A stretch of 58,272 bases of DNA, counting the filler, from Dirinaria sp. TL-2023a (taxonomy: Eukaryota): assembly GCA_051941275.1 (NCBI GenBank). It is 5 parts of 5 records of this genome, joined end to end, with 100 filler letters (N's around TTAATTAATTAA, not from the genome) between each part and the next. Parts side by side here need not be neighbours in the genome. Positions count along the whole stretch, not along the records: positions 46,722 to 58,272 come from JAVEBF010000836.1; 4 more parts are not named here. One strand, given 5' to 3'. Positions 51,417-58,272 of the stretch are shown here, piece after piece (the first letter of the stretch is position 1; each line of letters starts with the position of its first letter). The notes below the pieces were generated by a model, which did not search any database, was not told the origin of the DNA, and saw only the letters and a program-made list of their open reading frames with translations. Made by a program: the position numbers and the translations under genes.

Positions 51417-51613
51417 TGATTGTTCCCTCGATCCAATTATGGAGCGATATTATATATTTGACTTTGTTAATTCCGCGATTGAAGTAATATCTTTGCCGTC
51501 TCGCAAGTTTTGAAGGATAAGAGATTCAGTGACTTGAGGCAAGGGCCTCGGAATTCTGCGCCGAATTTAGCTTTCTGGACTTAGCGGTTCCCCTTTTCCA
51601 CATCGCCTGCATT

Positions 51614-52181
51614 TCACCTGTAGAGCCTCGAAAGCTTTATTTGAGCGTAAATGGACTCCATGAATTCCAAAGGTTTCAAGGGCGTAACGCATCGAGAAGA
51701 ATATCTATCCATGGCGACGTCTCTCAAGCCTGGAATATCATAACGATCGCCAAGTGCAAACATCCGGGCGTGGAGCTCAAGTAAAGAATTATGAGATGAA
51801 GCTTCTGGTTCGGCGGCTTTGGGGATGTCGTCGTCATAATTCATACTATACAAGAAAATGAGCATCTTCTTTAGTTCTAGATATGAGAGATCCGCCATTT
51901 CTATGCACCAGCGAAAGTCTCCTGTTTGACAATCTCAGCAATATTTTGGAGGCTTGGAAATTTTTTACATTAAATTCACCTAATCATGCTTTACAGAAAA
52001 ACCTCGATTTGGTGGTCCTTGAAGGGTCCAGCTTCATGACTCGAGGTGAGATCGATAAATTCACCTTCGTCTCGAGATTCGCGCAACGATGAGCTTTCAA
52101 GGAACCCATCACACAAGCTAGATTTTACACTGAGATTGCAGAAAGAAGTTTTGAACTAAAAGAGCCGCCTTTTGATGCCAT
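51614..52181 (-). pseudogene. BTB/POZ-domain pseudogene
   Basis: GEFIDLT..., SRFFCKA*LGEFN, MLIFLYSMNYDD and LHARMFALGDRYDIPGLRD.A...Y. Stops and frameshifts in the 5' half. Confidence 0.75.
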
Positions 52182-52785
52182 GTAAGCCTGTGAGGTTTAG
52201 GCTTATCGCAGCTTGAAGATGACGCTAGAAAGCATTTGCAAAGTAAATCTTCTTGAGAAACCTCATACTAATTAATTGTCTCACATGTGGCGCTTTTGAG
52301 TTGACACGAGAGATCTGAACATCGGCCGGGCGAACAAGAGCGTTAATTCTGAGTACTAGCAATTCTTTAGCAGCACATCAGCCGTATTTTACGAATTGCT
52401 CAATACTCAGCACGTTCGCATACTTTGAACCTGCGTTGAGATTGTTCCCAATGAGGAAAGTAGAGCGTTTAGCTTGATACTGCTTTTCTCGAGCATGGCT
52501 CGAGCCATCAGCTGGCAAGCTTCCTCATATTCATCCGCTGATAATACTAGTAAGAGTACAAGCTTCTGCAGATGAACAATTTAGTATCAATAGAAGGGGT
52601 CTTGTGGGTATCATCCGTTTCCCCAACCCCAACGCCCTTCGCCACCATCCATACCCACTACACCTCCCTAGCCATATTCGCTACAGTTAGCGTACTGATT
52701 ACGTGTCACTCTTTTTTAGATTAGCCAACCGCCCCTCGTAGACTTTCTTTTAGACGGCAACTAGTCCATATTAATTTTCTCCAGT

Positions 52786-54175
52786 ATGACTGCCAGCTCT
52801 ACTAATGACACGCCTGCAACTGGGGCGGCACTTCCATTCCAGCTGAAAGAACTTCAGCTACAAAAATGCCGTCATACCAATGAAATGATGTACCAAGATA
52901 TCTCTTCCGTGTCTACGGCCCGAACACCGCAGATGAAACGACAGATTTCAACATAAGCCCACTAGCGTCGTCCTGTGATCAAGGAAAAAGGCAAGACATA
53001 TTTAGATTGCAGCTCTGAAAGGCGGCAAGGCGTTTGAACGAGCATTTGCGATGATGGCGCTCTCATGAGCCGAAGTGCAATCTGATGAGCTGAACCTGCT
53101 TCTTGATCTTCGCGTTACAACACGGTCTGCGCAGGCATCATACTGATCTCAACAAGCCGGACTTGTCTCAGACGTCTCTCCTTGTAAGAGAGGTGTATAA
53201 CCGAGTGACAAGCACACGTGTGGAGAGGTGGTAGCGATAGGATAATCCTAGGGGGTCTAGGTGCAGTAGAAGATTAAACCGTGAGGACCGAACGTAGGGG
53301 GAGTGCCCCATACATAAGGAAAGCCCTTGCCAAGGCCTTGGCACGGCCTTGGCAAGGGACAGAGCCGCTGTCGGTTGCTAGGGCCAAAAGTAAATAAGGG
53401 TCCCTAGGGATCAGCGCCTATAGGTCACGTGCTACAACTATAACTACCAGGCATTACACTCCTGATCCTCGACACTCGCGATTTTCCAGAAGAGACATTC
53501 GTCAAAGACTTAAAGATCATGAAGGTTTTTGCGTCGCACACGGACTCTTATCAATGTCGAAATCTCGAGAAACTTCTTCAACTTCGAAAGAGCGACATGA
53601 GATACTACTTTGAAGAGCATTTGACGCAAGAAGAGATGAATTTCAAAGATAGATGCATCGCAACAAATATGCAGAGTTTGATAATTATCGATTTATTCGA
53701 GCTCAAATTTGAGTTAGAAGACAAGAGCGAATGAAGTGAGTGAGCTAAGAGAGTCGTCTGTCTTCGCAAATCGTTCGAAGCTTTTCAAGACACTTTTATT
53801 GCAATTCACGTCGAAGTTCGTAAAGCAATCGCTATTGCAAGTGCCTATTTTGAGAATTTTTGAAATTTTTCAATGGCGACTATGTTATTTGCTCTCAAGC
53901 GCCGCAAGAGAAAGAATCGAGTCATCGTTGATGAATTTGTGACTATGTTCTCTGAAAAATGCTCAATTTCTCACTATTAATCTCTCGATCTCTAACGGCG
54001 TTCAGAGAAAAAAATTGAGCATTTTCACTTAAAGCACATAGGTTCGACGCTCACTGATTGTCGAAGATCGAGCAATTTCAGTGCCTCATCGACGGCAATT
54101 TTCGATCGCTTTACTGGGGAGAAGATCAAGACTGTATCAATCGACTTGAATAATGTTACGTTAGGTCAATCTTGA
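52786..54175 (+). pseudogene. DUF7587-like (putative ADP-ribosyltransferase-fold) pseudogene split by a solo LTR; ends approximate
   Basis: After removing the LTR and one TSD, one frame reads DVPRYLFRVY...EHLR*W...NLMS*TCFLIFALQHG...SLLILDTRDFPEETFVKD...EHLTQEEM...LFEL...*AKRVVCLR...F*NFSMATMLFALK. It has six in-frame TGA stops. Confidence 0.72.
53183..53458. mobile_element. 276-bp solo LTR with 5-bp target-site duplication
   Basis: TGTAA...TTACA termini; identical CTCCT at 53178-53182 and 53459-53463. Excision restores the host reading frame. Confidence 0.9.
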
Positions 54176-54443
54176 CATATCTTTCACAATTGCTAGATCC
54201 TTCGTGTTAAGGACCATATATTGGGCCGCGGTATAAGGAAAAATCTATAAAGATTGTATGCCTATAATGTAAATAATAATGGTGATGCCCCGGGAAAACT
54301 GGGTGCAATCGCCTGCTAAATACACCATGGTGGTCCCCTTGCTCCGGGGGCAAGTCTTCAAAGCATGCCGCCACGACCCGGGGTGCATGTGAAAGGGGCA
54401 AATATTGCGATATCCGCCAGGTGCAAGATGCAAAGCATAAATA

Positions 54444-54548
54444 CTAGTCACCAGAATGCTAGTCACCAAAAGGCTAGTCACCAAAATGATAGTCATGTCG
54501 GAAGAATCGAAAGAAGCCCAGGAAAAATCCTACCCAGGAAAAATCCTA
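54444..54548. repeat. 15-nt tandem repeat (3.5 copies) and adjacent perfect 16-nt tandem duplication
   Basis: CTAGTCACCA-based units start at 54444, 54459 and 54474. CCCAGGAAAAATCCTA occurs at 54517-54532 and 54533-54548. Confidence 0.9.
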
Positions 54549-54690
54549 ACACTTCGTCACAGAAGCCCCTCATCTAACACCAGGCAACCACAGTATTTCC
54601 CTGTTCGCTAAGCTATTTAAAGCCACACGTCAACCGACGTTACATACCAGAGTCACCACCAAATCATAGTATTCCGTCCTCGATTTCACG

Positions 54691-56301
54691 TTAAGCGATC
54701 AGTGAGCAAACTCCTGTGCGGTTACACAGCAAAACCTCCGAATTCAAGATATGTGAATTACGCAAGTATTGGAGACATGCACGGAACTGCCGTTCATTGC
54801 CCACCCGAATTCCTTTGTTGATCAACAAGCACTCACAATCCTCCTTGAAAGCCAACCCAAGATCATCATCTGCCTTGAGAATTTCGACCAGATTTGCCCA
54901 AGAAGGCAGGTTCGTGGACGGGTCAGCAATATCGCCTATGCAAACTATGTCTTGCCGGCTAGGAAGCGAAAGGGGGGCTTGTGTTCGTGATTGTAGTCGT
55001 AGAAGCTCACAAGTTGCATTTCAGCATGGACTGTCAGATTGAGCGAGCATGCTTTCTGGAAATAAGTCTCTGAATCCTCGGTATTCCAGATTCTGGCAAG
55101 GCGAGAAAGATATTCCTCTTCATGCCCTCCTACTACTCTCCGTAGAACGCAGGTAAGAGGAATTTTATCTTTCTGAACCGCAAATCGCGTCTTTGCCGAT
55201 GCCGTCACGATTTCAACGATCAAAGGGTTGAATAAAGAAGGAACTTCAGAAGCAAATTGAGCCAAAGCCTTGAAAGCAATGCCGTACCGACCTAATTTGA
55301 ATATTGTGTAAATCCATCGAAGTAGTGTTTGAGCTGTAGTGGAAAATGCAGCTTTCAAGAATTCGACATAATACCGCTTGGCATCCTGAGCCCACTGTAT
55401 GTGACGAACCAGGATCTTGAGGTCTGGATCGAAAGCCAGATTCTTAATTAAGAATACATATTCGTACCATTCCAAGAACTTCCGAAGCGCTGAACTATCA
55501 GCATGCATCGTAGTCGTGAAGGATTGCATCACACGTGATTGCACGGCTGAGATGAACTGCTCGAAGATGCATTTGGTGATGCAGAGATCCTTGAGATAGT
55601 GTCGTATCTTTACCGTGTCGAGCCGTACGATTCTGATTAGAATTTCGATATAAGCTTTCTGTACGTTGAGTACTGTTGAGAAAGGTATCAGTTCAGTATA
55701 CAAGCTTTTCGTAATCACGCAATGCAATAGAGAGTATACCTCCACTTGCAACATCGTTCAGTACATTCACTAGCTCTCGAAGTTGAACTAAAGTATTTTC
55801 ACGTACTCCGGAATTGCTAGCAATCCGAACAACTGTCTCTTGTGATGACCTCTCTTCAAGACATGCTGTCGACACACTATCGCCATCCTTTTTCGTAGCA
55901 CATATAAGGGCAAAAGAGTCGAGAAACTTCCGTTTAAGTAGACGTTCCCTTGATATCTCAATATTATGAGGATCTTGATCAAGATCATATCCAGAAGGTT
56001 CCCCACGTACAGAGTTGAGCGTGTAGAGAAGAACCGCAGCTTGAATGAATCGATCTCGAGCATGACCGATTATTTCGAGAGGACTCATTTCTTTCATGGA
56101 GTTGAGCTACCGCTGAGAAGGCTGCATTTGAAGAATTGTGTGCGTTTCTTCTATTGATTCTATTTCCTTTTCTTTCTTGATCAATGCTTCTCTTTCTTCT
56201 CTCCGCACGCGAGATTCATGCTCCTCGAGTTGGAGAAAGGATGCTATAATAACGTTAGATTTTGGGCATATATAACCAGCAAACCACAGAAGCAGAGCCA
56301 T
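54691..56301 (-). pseudogene. OTT_1508-like nucleic acid/nucleotide deaminase pseudogene with internal deletion
   Basis: N-terminal LKRKFLDSFALICA...VVRIASN, intron 55673-55739 and catalytic VHAEMQL. The expected SKxxCxxC is absent. The frame shifts at ~54960 into an open 89-codon tail ending at 54691. An in-frame TAG at 56107-56109 separates the upstream 64-aa ORF. Confidence 0.75.
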
Positions 56302-56744
56302 TTTAGGATTACTCTACAGCAGAAGTCGGCATTCAATGCGCGCTCATGCTTACAAGCTATCTAGTGAAGTCTGAAAACTGTGAATACTCTTGACACGATC
56401 CAACAGTGCTAAATTAAATTAGCACGCAATCAGACCCGCAGCTAGAATGAGTCATAAGATCCCTTTTCTGCCACAACGGCCGAGAGAACGGAATTCTATC
56501 GGGTACGATTTCCTCTTCATTATAAGCTTGACTTTTCTGCCCATCCACCGACCCGATAGAGACTTAGAGTTACACATCTGAGACACTGCGCAAGATCGTC
56601 CAAACGGCTTGAGCTTGCTGAGATAAGCAATGCTGTTCAAACGCCAGCGGGATTCCTTCAACTCCCGAGACGCCCTTCTGAAAGAAGCATTCGGGTTCGA
56701 CTGCAATTGAAAAAGCACGAATTACGACGTTTGAATATGACGCT

Positions 56745-57440
56745 CACATTGCGCATTTCTGAGCTTCATCATCTGAGAATAAATTGGACACAATCTTCAA
56801 CGATCTTTTGAAGAAGCTAGAAAATGATCGATTCAAGATAAATGTCGTAAGCTTTATGTGTGGTTCGATCATAATCACGCTACATCCAAAATTGAACAGT
56901 TGATGTACATATGACTCGATCGATCATTTAGTTGCGTACAGCCTGAGGTGCTCGTCGCTGGAAATGTATATGTTGAATCAATTCCGATCTGCCGTAACTC
57001 CACTATGTTTTGCTCAACGAAGATGCTCATGCAAAAGAGGATTCGATGAGTTGTGCAACATGATAACAAGGCCAATAGATATGTTCTTCAAGGTCTAGCA
57101 TGTGATGAAACAACTATGAGCAAGTCCTTGATGCATTATCAAGCATAAGTAAGTGTTCTCGAATTTTTATATTCGCGAGACGCATGACGAACAGTCTTCA
57201 GTCGCTCATTTCTTTGACTCTAGAATTACAAGATAAGCGTTGCTATATAGATATTTGCTTTCACACTAATCAGTCGAATTGAATGTCTGAGTCACTCGAA
57301 TCGAAAATACAGATTATGATTTGCACGCAGATGTTTAGTCTTCAATCATCCTTGATGTCGCTGTGCAGCGTGCGGGGCAAGTACAATGTCAATGCTAATA
57401 ATATGAGATATTTCATTGAGAAGTGCTTTCGATACCTCAT
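56745..57440 (-). pseudogene. Heavily mutated gene remnant of unknown family
   Basis: One frame reads protein-like for about 150 codons (VKEMSD*RLFVMRLANIKIREHLL...HVAQLIESSFA*...QKIVEDCVQFILR**) with scattered stops, in CC/GG-depleted DNA. Confidence 0.4.
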
Positions 57441-58272
57441 GGGACTAGCAAATATAGGCACAAACGAGTGAACTGGATTTGGGCCTCGTCGGCGCCAGAG
57501 ACGTCTATCTAGCAAGCAAGCAAACGAAAACACGACCTTAAAACATGCTGCCTCTAGCGCCAACAACTCCCTCTATCTATGCGGCCGATACCTGGAGTGG
57601 GTGGGTGGGAAAGCGCTTTGCGATGCTAAAATCGAGTGCGATTTGATGTTGAAGCAGACGATGGAGCAATGGTGATAACCAATTCAAGGTGAGGCCCATA
57701 GTGACCTAAATACACACTGCCAAGCCAACTGCCAAAACCTCACTGCTCATGCTGCTAACCGAATTGGGATAGGCCTTGACGATATGCGATATGTGCAAGT
57801 TGCTTTGAGAGCATTGCTTTGCAATCATTGCTTGGAAATCCAATACTTGGAAATCAATACTTTGAAATCAACAAAATATTGCTTAAAAATCAACAATACA
57901 TTGACCTAGATGACAATGTCAGCAACGCACCCGGTAGGCATCTAGACACTTCCCCCTAGCCCTGCTTCTCTGGGAACTGTTCGAAAGGTGTGTCCTCTTC
58001 ATCTTAGATTGTTACTACACAAAGGCCTCTCGTCGCTTCAGAAAATCAAGTACACCACCCTGTCTTTCAAGCAAATGAAGAAGTTTGATTCTTCTCGAAT
58101 ACAGTCCTCGTAAGTATAGGGAGTTAAGTTTCACTCAATCTTCTACGCCCGTAGTCTTAACCTCGTTATAAACAGATCAAAGATGATAGTGATATGTCAT
58201 CACATAGCTTTGCAGCGCGCGCACAATCCGCAGCTGATCGAGAATAATAATACAGCTATCGACGATTATCAA

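Noticed and set aside
51339..54548. Short repeats as a CRISPR-like array
   Set aside because: They are tandem units without unique spacers, in eukaryotic DNA with no cas genes.

Overview
Intron-rich genomic DNA from a filamentous ascomycete (Pezizomycotina-type genes and splice sites). The window is not one locus. It is five unlinked contigs (11,621, 11,581, 11,564, 11,555 and 11,551 bp, in descending size order) joined by identical 100-nt N44-TTAATTAATTAA-N44 spacers. Contig 1: frameshifted dynamin/Mx-like GTPase, a cytochrome P450 with a 6-nt microexon, and an AflY/HypA (questin oxidase-like) oxidoreductase. Contig 2: SAP185/190, VPS60, an NRAMP/SMF transporter, a small membrane protein and a secreted alpha/beta-hydrolase. 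Contig 3: a CCCH/RWD-like/Zn-finger gene, a 6.4-kb motif-rich intergenic region and a DUF1752/DUF3295 (Mks1-like) gene. Contig 4: VPS23, tRNA-Cys, a ~1,900-aa TPR/CorA-like gene and ARP2. Contig 5 is the most unusual. It is a block of decayed accessory, conflict-type genes: dynamin, TM-collagen, BTB, a DUF7587/ART-like gene split by a solo LTR with a 5-bp TSD, and an OTT_1508-like deaminase. These carry a RIP-like C>T signature focused on CpC/GpG rather than the canonical CpA. Family assignments come from motif recognition only; no searches were run.
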